Below are positions 50,101 through 57,989 of a stretch of 64,000 bases of DNA, piece after piece. A model generated the notes under the pieces. That model saw only the letters and a program-made list of their open reading frames with translations. It was not told where the DNA came from and ran no database searches. Position 1 is the first letter of the stretch. Each line of letters starts with the position of its first letter. A program made the position numbers and the translations under genes. Source of the DNA: Blastocatellia bacterium (GTDB lineage Bacteria > Acidobacteriota > Blastocatellia > DASRDY01); the NCBI GenBank assembly GCA_035652355.1, contig DASRDY010000285.1, forward strand, positions 24,300 to 88,299. Reading direction: 5' to 3'.

Positions 50101-53100
50101 CGGCGGCTAACAATGGTGGTGGTATCGCAGTTGGTCCTTTGACTAATGGAGCGACGTTTTCGATGAGCTTTAGCCGAATTGTTAATAACACTTCTAACGC
50201 TGCGACCAATCACGGAATCGAGGTTAATGGCACGAACGCAGTTGCGAGTGTGGCCGACAACTGGTGGGGTTGTTCGCAGAATCCGATCGGCAGTACTCAG
50301 TGCGACTCTGCGCACGCGACATCCGGAACGCTGACGGTTACCCCATTCCTGCAGATCACCAATTCGGCGGCGCAGAATCCGATTAAAGTTGGAGCAACCA
50401 CGACTCTGACTGCTACGGTTCAGGATTCGAACGGAATAAATCAGTCGTCAGCCAATTTGGACGTCTTTATTACCAGCAATGCAACCGCTGGAACCCCGTT
50501 GCCTGTAACCTGGAGCGCTGCGACAAACTCAATCACAATTGACGCGAACAGCTCGCCGCTTAAGAACGTCGGCGGAGTCGTTCAGGTGACGGCCACATAT
50601 AACGGGACAAATCCTGTGCATCATGATCCGGCGGCGGCCAAGGTCGATAACGATTTCACGACCGGATCGCATCCGAATGTGGTTTTGATGACTGTCCTCT
50701 CGCCGCCTAGCATTGCAAAAGCGTTCGGATCGCCAAATGTTGCGATAAACGGTGCACCAAACACGACGACTTTGACGTTTACGATAACAAACCCGAATGT
50801 GGGCGACGGGTTGAATGGACTTGCGTTTACAGATACCTTCGCGCCTGGCGCGGCAAATATCAAAGTCGCATCTCCGCCCAATGCATCGACCACTTGCGGC
50901 GGCGGAACGGTGACGGCGGTTGCAGGCTCAGGCTCCGTTTCATTGAGCGGTGGCACGATCGGCATAAATACTACTTGTACCGTTACCGTCACTGTTCAAG
51001 GCCAAGCTCCTGACGGTACAGCTAATAACACCAGCGGGAATGTTACGGCCACCGATGCGGGTGGTTTGACTGGCAACACTGCCAGTGCCAGCACGCTTGT
51101 GGCCGATGCGCCAACTATCGCAAAACTATTCGGCGCCGCTACAATACCGCTGAACGGCACCACGTCGTTGACATTCACTCTTCAGAATACGAACGCGAAT
51201 ACAGCGCTGAGCGGAGTCGCGTTTAGCGACACTCTGCCCGCTGGATTGACAGTCGCTACCCCAGGAAACCCGAGCACCAACTGCCCAGGCGGAACTGTTA
51301 CCGCTACGAATGGGTCATCGAGCATAACCCTCTCGGGTGCATCGCTCGCAACCGGGGCAACTTGCACTGCAACGGTTACCGTTCAGGGAACAACAGCCGG
51401 AGTGAAGAACAACACGGCATCCGCTTCATCTACGACTACGGGTGCTCTTACTAATTCGACAGGTACGGTTCCAATAACAGTTGTGGCGCCGCCGACGATC
51501 AGCAAGGCATTCGGTGCGCCCAGCATACCATTGAACGGCACGACAACGATGACCTTCACGATTACCAATCCGAATACCACGGTTGGTTTGAGTGGACTCG
51601 CATTTAGCGACACATTCCCATCAGGTCTGCAGGTGGCAGCGACACCGGGCGTGGTCAATAACTGCAACGGGACCTTCACTCCGGCAGCAGGTGATACTAC
51701 GGTCAGCCTCTCAGGAGGGACGGTCGGTACCAATACCTCCTGTACTATCACGGTTAATGTAACCGGAACAACAGCAGGTGCGATGGCGAATATAACCGGA
51801 GCGATTTCGTCGACCGAAGGCGGAACGGGCACAACCAGCAACACGGCAACGCTCAATGTGTTTGCGCCTCCTACAATTTCCAAGGCGTTTGGTGTCTCGA
51901 CGATAGCGGTCAATGGTACGACATCTCTCACCTTCACAATTACAAACCCGGCCTCGAATCCAGGGGCATTGACAGGTATTGGTTTTACCGATTCTCTGCC
52001 TGCGGGACTGGTGGTCGCGACGCCTAATGGGTTGTCAAACACTTGTAATGGTACAGTGACGGCGGTCGCCGGATCAGGTTCGATAACCCTGAATAACAAC
52101 GGCAGCATCACCACTCCTGGTACTACCTGTACGATCCAGGTAAATGTTACCGGCACCACTTCCGGGGTGAAAAACAACACAACCGGTGCTATATCATCGA
52201 CCAATGGCGGAACCGGCGCAACCAGTAACACTGCCACTTTGACGGTCGCATCGCCGCCGACTATTAGCAAGGCTTTCGGCGCGGCGACGATTCCGCTAAA
52301 CGGCACAACGTCAATGACGTTCACGATCAGCAATCCAAACTCGATTGGACTAACCGGTCTTGCGGTTTCGGATACTCTTCCGGCAGGTTTGGTTGTTGCA
52401 ACTCCGAACAACCTGAGCAATTCATGTAATGGCAGCGTGACGGCTACATCGGGTACAAATTCGGTGAGCCTGTCTGGCGGCACGATAGCGGCCAGTCCTG
52501 CTACCTGTACAGTGTCTGTAGATGTTCAGGGCACAACGGCCGGTGTGAAGAGCAACACTACTACCGCAATCACTTCTACTGAAAGCGGACCCGGCACAAC
52601 CAGCAACACCGCGACAGTAACAGTGGTAGCACCGCCTACAATCAGCAAGGCGTTCGGCGCTGCCAGTGTGGCGGTCAATGGCAGCACGACGTTGACATTC
52701 ACGATAAGTAATCCTAACGCTACAGTCAGCCTGACGGGCCTGGCATTTAATGACAGCTTCCCGTCGGGTCTTCAGGTAGCATCGACACCTGGCGTCGTCA
52801 ACAACTGCGGTGGGACCTTTACTGCGAATGCTAATGCGACATCTGTGAGCCTGTCGGGTGGCACGGTTGGTACTGGCGGGTCGTCGACTTGTACAATAAC
52901 AGTCAATGTTACCGGTACATCGGCAGGCGCGAAGGCCAATACTACTGGCGCAGTCTCCTCGACTGAGGGCGGAACCGGCGCAGTCAGCAACACCGCGACA
53001 CTAAACGTGTTTGCTCCGCCGACGATCAGCAAAGCATTTGGTACTAGTCAGGTCCCGCTCGGTGGAACTACGACCCTGACCTTTACGATCACTAATCCGG

Positions 53101-56100
53101 CGGCTAATCCCGGTGGGCTAACAGGAATCGGCTTCACGGATACGCTGCCAGCGGGGCTTGTTGTCGGAACGCCGAACAATCTCTCGAACACCTGCAGCGG
53201 TACCGTAACCGCGACTGCCGGGTCGAGTTCGATATCCCTTAATAACAACGGCAGCATCGCTACGCCGGGGAATACCTGTACGATTCAGGTAGATGTGACG
53301 GGAACTACCTCGGGAGTGAAAAACAATACCACAGCCGCGATTACATCGACCAATGGCGGCACAGGCGCAACCAGCAATACCGCGACGCTGACGGTGGCGT
53401 CCCCGCCGGTCATCTCGAAGTCGTTTACTCCTTCGACGGTAGGGGTAAATGGTTTCTCGAGCCTGTCATTTACCATTCAAAATAACAACAATGCGGGTTC
53501 GCTGACTGGTGTAGGCTTCACCGACAATCTGCCTGCAAACCTGGTTGTGTTCACTCCGAATGGATTATCGGGAAGCTGCGGAGGCGGCACAATCAGCGCA
53601 GTGGCGGGATCATCGACGATCAGCCTTACGAATGCGACTCTGCCTGCAAGCAGCAGTTGTACTTTCTCTGTTGCTGTAACGCCGGAAACGGTCGGGACAT
53701 TCAACAACACAACAACTAATGTTACATCCAACGAGGCAGGCAACGGCAATCAGGCCAGCGCCACGCTTACCTCGCTGAATCCTCCTAGCATTGCCAAGTT
53801 CTTTGGCGCTCCGCGCATCGATGTGGGAACTTCCACTTCTCTGACTTTCCAGATCGACAACTTCAACGGCGCTGATTCTCTTACGGGAGTGCACTTCCTG
53901 GATACTTTGCCTTCAGGTTTGAGGGTAGCTACTCCCAATGGCGTAAGCGGCAACTGCGGTGGTGTGGTTGTTGCGAATGCGGGATCCAGCACGATCAGCC
54001 TGACGAACGGTAGTCTTGCGCCCGGGGCTAATTGCAGCTTCAGCGTCAATGTCACGGCAATCAGCGGAGGCACTCAGGTCAACGTCACTGGCAACGTCAT
54101 TTCCACCAATGGCGGCTCGGGCAACACAGCCACTGCTCAGATCGATACCTGCAGTTATGTGGTCTCACCAGTTTCGCTGTCATACCCAATATCGGGTGGC
54201 ACGGGCACGGTGACAGTGACGCCCAACATCGGGACCTGTTCATGGACAGCAGTCAGCAATGACAGCTTTGTCCACATTACCAGTGGAGCCGGACCAACAA
54301 CTGGCAACGGCAGTGTGCAGTTCACTGTCGACAACTCAGGCGGCACACCAAGAACCGGAACGATGACCATTGCCACAAACACCGTGGTGGTGGATCAGAC
54401 CAATCCGACTGCGATCAATCTCAACAGCTTCACCGCCACCAAGATCGGATCGGCAACGCTGCTGAAGTGGCAGACCGGTATGGAAGTTCACAACCTTGGT
54501 TTCAACATCTACCGGGATGACAATGGTCAGAAGGTGCAGATCAATCCTTCTCTGATTGCCGGATCAGCACTGAGAGTGGGAATGAATACCAACGTGCAGT
54601 CAGGCTTCGGCTACTCCTGGGTTGATCATTCGGGCGGCGGCAGCTACTACCTTGAAGACGTCGATCTCAACGGCACCAGCACCCTGCACGGACCGTTCAG
54701 TGCCACATCGGGCACTGCAGATTTGACCGCCAATTCGATGATGCTCTCAGAGGTCAACAGCGCCGCGGCACAGAGCTATTCACTGCAGCGAGGCTATCCT
54801 GCAGGAGTGGAGATCAGCTCAGGCAGTGCGTCCTCTGCTGATACGACTGCAAGAACAGCGGGAAGAAGCCCGAACCGACCCGCGACTGTCAGCAACGCAC
54901 TGAAGAAGCAGTGGTCGATAGCTTCGCAATCGGCAGTGAAGATCGGAGTGAACAAGACGGGCTGGTATCAAGTCAATGCTGTTGATCTGTTCACGGCGGG
55001 ACTCGACACCGCCGCGAAACCCGGCAACCTGCAGATGTTTGTGGGCGGAGCAGAGGTACCGATCAAGGTCAATGCCGCCAGTTCGGATCATCTGTCAGTG
55101 GGAGACACAATCGAGTTCTACGGAGCTGCGCTTGATACTACTACCGCCAATACCCGGGTCTACTGGCTGACATCAGGAACTTCAGCAGGCAGACGAGTGG
55201 GCAGTGTCACTGCCTCGGCAAGCTCAGGTAATGGCGGATCATTCGCTTACACCGTGGAGCGGCAGGACAAGAGCATCTACTTCTCCGGTCTGCTCAATGG
55301 AGAGGCCGAGAACTGGTTTGGCGCCCTGGTTAACACCACTCCCGCAACACAGAACCTGACCATCAACCATCTGGATCAGAACTCCGCTGATCCTGCTGTG
55401 ATAGAGGTAGGGCTGCAGGGAGCGACAGGATCGCTGCACAACGTGACGGTGATGCTGAACGGAACAGCGATTCAGAACATCAACTTCAACGGACAGGCGC
55501 ATCAGGTGGTACAGATAGAAGTACCGCAAAGTGGGCTGGTTGAAGGCAATAACACGGTAAGCCTTGCTGCTGCGGCAGGCGGAGACATCTCGCTGGTGGA
55601 TTATGTGAAGATTACCTACGCACACAGCTATCAGGCAGAGAACAACAGCCTGTTCACCAACGTACCGGCCAATCAGGCGGTGAGCATCACAGGCTTCACA
55701 TCGAATCAGATCAGAGCCATCGATGTCAGCAATCCACTGCAACCACTGGAACTGCAGGGAGCGATAGATACATCGGATGCGAATATCTCCACGATCAGCC
55801 TGGTTACCGGCAAACAGAGCAACCTGATTGCGTTCACGCCCGATCAGATGCTCAGTCCGGTGTCTATCACCGCAAACAATCCTTCATCTCTCAATCAAGG
55901 AGGAGCGGGAGCCAACCTGGTGATCATCGGCTACAGAGACTTCCTGCAGAGCGTACAGCCGCTGGTGGCGCTAAAACAGAGCCAGGGCTACGCGGTAGCA
56001 GTAGTGGATGTAGAGGACATCTACGATGAGTTCAGCTATGGAGTGCATTCGCCACAGGCGGTGAAGGACTTCCTCAGCTGGAGCTATCTGCACTGGCAGA

Positions 56101-56924
56101 AGCAGCCACAGTACGTGATGCTGGCGGGAGACGCTTCATACGATCCGAAGGGTTATCTGGGACTGGGCAATCAGGACTTCGTGCCGACGAAGCTGATAGA
56201 CACTGCCAATATGGAGACAGCCAGTGACGGCTGGCTGGTGGATTTCAACAATGATGGCACAGAGCAGATGGCCATAGGCCGACTACCGGTACGAACAGCG
56301 GCGGATGCCACGGCAATGGTCAACAAGATCGTTGCCTACGAGCAGACAGGCACAGCGCAGACGATGGTGCTGGTGTCAGACCTTAACGATGGGCTGGACT
56401 TTGCGGCAAGCAATGCTCAGATCGGAGCAATGGCGCCGTCGCAGATGTCTGTAGTCAATATAGTGAGAGGACAGACAACAACAGATGCCAGGACGGAATT
56501 GCTGGATCAATTGTCGCAGGGTGGCCGAATAGTGAACTATGCGGGACACGGGTCGGTGAACCTGTGGCGAGGGAATCTGCTGACGAACGATGATATGTCT
56601 GTGCTAACCAACAGCAAGACATCGGCGCTGGTAGTGACAATGACCTGTCTGAACGCCTATTCACTGGATTCGAGACTGCCAAGCCTTGGAGAAGCGTTGC
56701 TGAACGTAAAACAAGGCGGAGCAGTATCGGTGTGGGCATCGACAGCAATGACCGATATGAGCAACCAGAGCGGAATGAACCAGGCGTTGTTCCGGCAGTT
56801 GCTGGGAAACAGTCAGATCACCATAGGAGACGCGATCAGAACAGCGAAGAAGACAGAGCCGAATAATGATGTAAGAAGGAGCTGGATGCTGTTCGGCGAT
56901 CCGACAATGAAGATAAAGCAGTAG
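47163..56924 (+). CDS. Giant (3253 aa) secreted/anchored protein: FG-GAP propeller + beta-helix + 9 DUF11-like repeats + BACON-like domain + C-terminal peptidase C25 (gingipain-like) domain
   Basis: AAGGAG RBS. The N-terminal anchor is FVVLTLCITFVLVLV. FG-GAP/VCBS-type blades are present (DINRDGFPDLITG, GDFNHDGIVDVVVAA, LDGDQFNDLAIL). The hallmark CSLRDAIIFSNADTGAADTIVF is followed by G-rich beta-helix turns. Nine ~127-aa repeats follow, then CSYVVSP..GGTGTVTVTPNIGTCSWTAVSND (BACON-like). The C25-like end has VIIGYRDFLQSVQPLVALKQSQGYAVAVVDVEDIYDEFSYG, YAGHGSVNLW (His) and LVVTMTCLNAY (Cys). Confidence 0.85.
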   Translation: MKTLIRRFGFTRFVVLTLCITFVLVLVKRESMVLATSLFHAATSGRTQTKDNTQAKDHTQLKVLSSVKVRPTSIAKPMIKLQDSRELSSDSASAVGTSHQSLALNSPIAGSLRPADSIYSSLRQAGARPLALATADINRDGFPDLITGYATSGGGVLMLRWANEQAYAPSDPAVLEGIRQRRFPNPFFDDGATIELPEAPDFVLTGDFNHDGIVDVVVAAKGSNAFYLLAGDGLGGFSAPTRKELPGAVTAMTAGEFGAQDGSMDLVIGVNGSGGSSVLIFDKHESIIDSTPEVRGISGSITTLALGSLDGDQFNDLAILAGGRLSVLHGQDRLEGVDSAATARLESIPLSFAPKSFSLGNFIWDREDKTEIAVMSADNQVHILARGSLDVRPFTEEEVLASRKDKEAKTIAMANGTYVAPVLSQSAANQKWAIAEDVPVESTGVGNSAPILLTTRMSSVPADDLLVKVPGGTQIQVMYKDTNQSVTRSRTSGRVMTGRTPVTLDSASEPVAVLPMRVNVDGRPGLVVMSQGNVTASVIMPEGGTTITVNSATDVIHSPGCATTGTGTCSLRDAIIFSNADTGAADTIVFSVGINPTLTISSGGAAENNAQSGDLDINRSVTITGNAPTTVSTTFDNTCGDCKVFGIDQTGLFPGETVSMSGLTIQNGVNHGNAGSICGTFFETGGGIDVFFKSSGNSFTLTNSTVTNNRTDLCVAAGQHSHGGGINIDSNNQAIVGGASAGTATLTNVTVSNNIAGLQAGGIGLLADVHNVNLTNVTITGNQSQHSDGGGVFVLHSFGGTDTFSNGSVSSNTSDGIGGGVEIDGNQVVNFTGTTFTSNTATGTGASSLGGGLAITNIGAAGVTGSTSLTNCTIDSNHANNGANSGGGGVYFNGGYSLTISACDIKNNTGGQGGGIFNGGSNSSPGSTVTINNLTLIHGNSAVTTGGGNGDGGGIANGQIGGAGTQSGTIVTKTHIFGNTAANNGGGIAVGPLTNGATFSMSFSRIVNNTSNAATNHGIEVNGTNAVASVADNWWGCSQNPIGSTQCDSAHATSGTLTVTPFLQITNSAAQNPIKVGATTTLTATVQDSNGINQSSANLDVFITSNATAGTPLPVTWSAATNSITIDANSSPLKNVGGVVQVTATYNGTNPVHHDPAAAKVDNDFTTGSHPNVVLMTVLSPPSIAKAFGSPNVAINGAPNTTTLTFTITNPNVGDGLNGLAFTDTFAPGAANIKVASPPNASTTCGGGTVTAVAGSGSVSLSGGTIGINTTCTVTVTVQGQAPDGTANNTSGNVTATDAGGLTGNTASASTLVADAPTIAKLFGAATIPLNGTTSLTFTLQNTNANTALSGVAFSDTLPAGLTVATPGNPSTNCPGGTVTATNGSSSITLSGASLATGATCTATVTVQGTTAGVKNNTASASSTTTGALTNSTGTVPITVVAPPTISKAFGAPSIPLNGTTTMTFTITNPNTTVGLSGLAFSDTFPSGLQVAATPGVVNNCNGTFTPAAGDTTVSLSGGTVGTNTSCTITVNVTGTTAGAMANITGAISSTEGGTGTTSNTATLNVFAPPTISKAFGVSTIAVNGTTSLTFTITNPASNPGALTGIGFTDSLPAGLVVATPNGLSNTCNGTVTAVAGSGSITLNNNGSITTPGTTCTIQVNVTGTTSGVKNNTTGAISSTNGGTGATSNTATLTVASPPTISKAFGAATIPLNGTTSMTFTISNPNSIGLTGLAVSDTLPAGLVVATPNNLSNSCNGSVTATSGTNSVSLSGGTIAASPATCTVSVDVQGTTAGVKSNTTTAITSTESGPGTTSNTATVTVVAPPTISKAFGAASVAVNGSTTLTFTISNPNATVSLTGLAFNDSFPSGLQVASTPGVVNNCGGTFTANANATSVSLSGGTVGTGGSSTCTITVNVTGTSAGAKANTTGAVSSTEGGTGAVSNTATLNVFAPPTISKAFGTSQVPLGGTTTLTFTITNPAANPGGLTGIGFTDTLPAGLVVGTPNNLSNTCSGTVTATAGSSSISLNNNGSIATPGNTCTIQVDVTGTTSGVKNNTTAAITSTNGGTGATSNTATLTVASPPVISKSFTPSTVGVNGFSSLSFTIQNNNNAGSLTGVGFTDNLPANLVVFTPNGLSGSCGGGTISAVAGSSTISLTNATLPASSSCTFSVAVTPETVGTFNNTTTNVTSNEAGNGNQASATLTSLNPPSIAKFFGAPRIDVGTSTSLTFQIDNFNGADSLTGVHFLDTLPSGLRVATPNGVSGNCGGVVVANAGSSTISLTNGSLAPGANCSFSVNVTAISGGTQVNVTGNVISTNGGSGNTATAQIDTCSYVVSPVSLSYPISGGTGTVTVTPNIGTCSWTAVSNDSFVHITSGAGPTTGNGSVQFTVDNSGGTPRTGTMTIATNTVVVDQTNPTAINLNSFTATKIGSATLLKWQTGMEVHNLGFNIYRDDNGQKVQINPSLIAGSALRVGMNTNVQSGFGYSWVDHSGGGSYYLEDVDLNGTSTLHGPFSATSGTADLTANSMMLSEVNSAAAQSYSLQRGYPAGVEISSGSASSADTTARTAGRSPNRPATVSNALKKQWSIASQSAVKIGVNKTGWYQVNAVDLFTAGLDTAAKPGNLQMFVGGAEVPIKVNAASSDHLSVGDTIEFYGAALDTTTANTRVYWLTSGTSAGRRVGSVTASASSGNGGSFAYTVERQDKSIYFSGLLNGEAENWFGALVNTTPATQNLTINHLDQNSADPAVIEVGLQGATGSLHNVTVMLNGTAIQNINFNGQAHQVVQIEVPQSGLVEGNNTVSLAAAAGGDISLVDYVKITYAHSYQAENNSLFTNVPANQAVSITGFTSNQIRAIDVSNPLQPLELQGAIDTSDANISTISLVTGKQSNLIAFTPDQMLSPVSITANNPSSLNQGGAGANLVIIGYRDFLQSVQPLVALKQSQGYAVAVVDVEDIYDEFSYGVHSPQAVKDFLSWSYLHWQKQPQYVMLAGDASYDPKGYLGLGNQDFVPTKLIDTANMETASDGWLVDFNNDGTEQMAIGRLPVRTAADATAMVNKIVAYEQTGTAQTMVLVSDLNDGLDFAASNAQIGAMAPSQMSVVNIVRGQTTTDARTELLDQLSQGGRIVNYAGHGSVNLWRGNLLTNDDMSVLTNSKTSALVVTMTCLNAYSLDSRLPSLGEALLNVKQGGAVSVWASTAMTDMSNQSGMNQALFRQLLGNSQITIGDAIRTAKKTEPNNDVRRSWMLFGDPTMKIKQ
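50703..54147 (+). repeat. Nine in-frame tandem coding repeats of ~381 nt (~127 aa) inside the giant gene
   Basis: Each unit reads PPxIxKxFG..(I/V)..NG.T.LTFTIxNPN...LTGxxFxDxLPxGLxVATPxxxxxxCxGTVTAxxGxxxIxLxxGxIxxxxxCTxxVxVxGTxxGxxxNxTxxxxSxxGGxGxxSNTATLxV, with one conserved Cys pair. Units 3/6 and 4/7 are much more alike than neighbouring units. Confidence 0.85.
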
Positions 56925-56933
56925 CGCACCCGG

Positions 56934-57024
56934 GAGCGCAGGCATCCTGCCTGATTGGCATCCGTAGTAGCGTTAATTTTGAAATCGCCAGTCCCGAGGG
57001 CCAGCAGGCAGGACGCCTGGGCTC
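56934..57024. repeat. Imperfect 20-nt inverted repeat bracketing ~50 nt between the giant gene and the Cys-rich peptide gene
   Basis: GAGCGCAGGCATCCTGCCTG (56934-53) against the reverse complement of CAGGCAGGACGCCTGGGCTC (57005-24) matches 17/20. Each arm can also form its own hairpin (CAGGCA-tcc-TGCCTG; CAGGC-aggac-GCCTG). Confidence 0.5.
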
Positions 57025-57060
57025 TCAGGACTGCGCGTAACAGATCGGAATGGAGCAGAT

Positions 57061-57537
57061 ATGAGCAAGAAAGAGACGAAGCCCTGCGCCAGGAGCAAGG
57101 GACTGGTGGTACAAAAGCTGGAAGGAGAAGTGCTGGTCTATGACACAGAGAAGCAGCAGGCGCACTGCCTCAATGGAACGGCCGCACTGATCTGGGAGCA
57201 GTGTGATGGAACGAGAACAGTGAAGGAACTTGCCGGTCTGCTTCGAGGAGATGTAACAGAGCGAGAGAGGGAAGAGCTGGTCTGGATCGCGCTTGAAGAG
57301 CTAAACAGATCAAATCTGTTGGAAGAGCCGCTGGCACGACCATCAGCCATAAGCGGACTCAGCCGAAGACAGATGCTGAAGGCAGCCGGGGTTGCGGCCA
57401 TGATCGCGGTTCCTGTCGTGAGCACAATAGTAGCACCAAAAGCAGCACAGGCATCGACTTGTCTTCCGACCAGCGCCGGTTGCACGATCAGCGCTCAATG
57501 TTGCAGCGGTATCTGCTCTGGCGGCGCGTGTGCGTAA
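57061..57537 (+). CDS. PqqD-like (RRE-type) domain fused to a Tat-motif hydrophobic segment and a 27-aa six-cysteine C-terminal peptide
   Basis: GGAG lies 5 nt before the ATG. The PqqD pattern is LVVQKLEGEVLVYDTEKQQAHCLNGTAALIWEQCDGTRTVKELAGLL..LEELNRSNLL. Then come SRRQMLKAAGVAAMIAVPVVSTIVAPKAAQA and STCLPTSAGCTISAQCCSGICSGGACA. Confidence 0.7.
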   Translation: MSKKETKPCARSKGLVVQKLEGEVLVYDTEKQQAHCLNGTAALIWEQCDGTRTVKELAGLLRGDVTEREREELVWIALEELNRSNLLEEPLARPSAISGLSRRQMLKAAGVAAMIAVPVVSTIVAPKAAQASTCLPTSAGCTISAQCCSGICSGGACA

Positions 57538-57560
57538 AATAACATTACCTGCTCCTTGCC

Positions 57561-57598
57561 ACGCAACAGGGACCTTGTGGGTGCCCTGTTGCGTTTTT
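57561..57598 (+). terminator. Rho-independent terminator
   Basis: ACGCAACAGGG (57561-71) - 12-nt loop - CCCTGTTGCGT (57584-94) is followed by TTTTT. It sits 24 nt after the stop at 57537. Confidence 0.8.
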
Positions 57599-57647
57599 CC
57601 TCCTACCAATCTGCGTAACTAACGAACTGCAAATCGCCGAATACCTG

Positions 57648-57989
57648 TTACTGCAACAGCTTCAGCTTTTTAAAAAATAAACCATCATTGGTTGGTCCAA
57701 CCGCAACAGCGGTCATTTCATTATTGAAATCCTCTTCGATAAAGCTCTCACATATCCGTCCATTTGATTCGATCTGATTTCCCCAGAAATCAAGTTCTTT
57801 TTCATCCTTGACGCCCAGAAGAACCAGTGTTCTATCATCTTCAGCCCACTTTTGAATCTAAGGATCGTCGCCATGACGCGAAATCAGATTTGCCAGCGCG
57901 TGACACGCCTGAACCGCTCTTTGGGCCCAGCATAAATCCTGGCGAACCAGGATATACACTTTCAATTTGCCGCAAGATTTTTCAGCCAT
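57648..57989 (-). CDS. PTH2-family (peptidyl-tRNA hydrolase 2-like) gene, 113 codons, with one in-frame TAG at codon 44 (57858..57860). It is either read through by the adjacent tRNA(CUA) or a nonsense pseudogene.
   Basis: My hand translation is MAEKSCGKLKVYILVRQDLCWAQRAVQACHALANLISRHGDDP[TAG]IQKWAEDDRTLVLLGVKDEKELDFWGNQIESNGRICESFIEEDFNNEMTAVAVGPTNDGLFFKKLKLLQ*. Family-like sequence is present on both sides of the TAG. ATG 57989 overlaps the upstream ORF's stop (ATGGCTGA). The gene is missing from the ORF track because neither half reaches 60 aa from a start codon. Confidence 0.6.

Noticed and set aside
50703-54147. Regular ~381-nt periodicity that could superficially suggest a repeat array such as CRISPR or a satellite.
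   Set aside because: The period is far too long for CRISPR, there is no repeat/spacer alternation, and the repeats are in frame inside a continuous ORF. They are protein-domain repeats.
47840-56945. About 25 minus-strand ORFs listed inside the giant gene (for example 51383..52483, 366 aa; 50621..50992; 55239..55742).
   Set aside because: They are antisense shadows of a long, repetitive, G/T/A/V-rich coding frame. Their translations are low-complexity V/P/A strings that mirror the repeat period, they lack RBS signals and family motifs, and the + frame is one uninterrupted 3253-codon ORF with recognisable domains.
56922-56951. Possible read-through extension of the giant gene past its TAG stop.
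   Set aside because: Reading through TAG adds only 8 codons (RTRERRHPA) before a TGA, with no domain-like extension.
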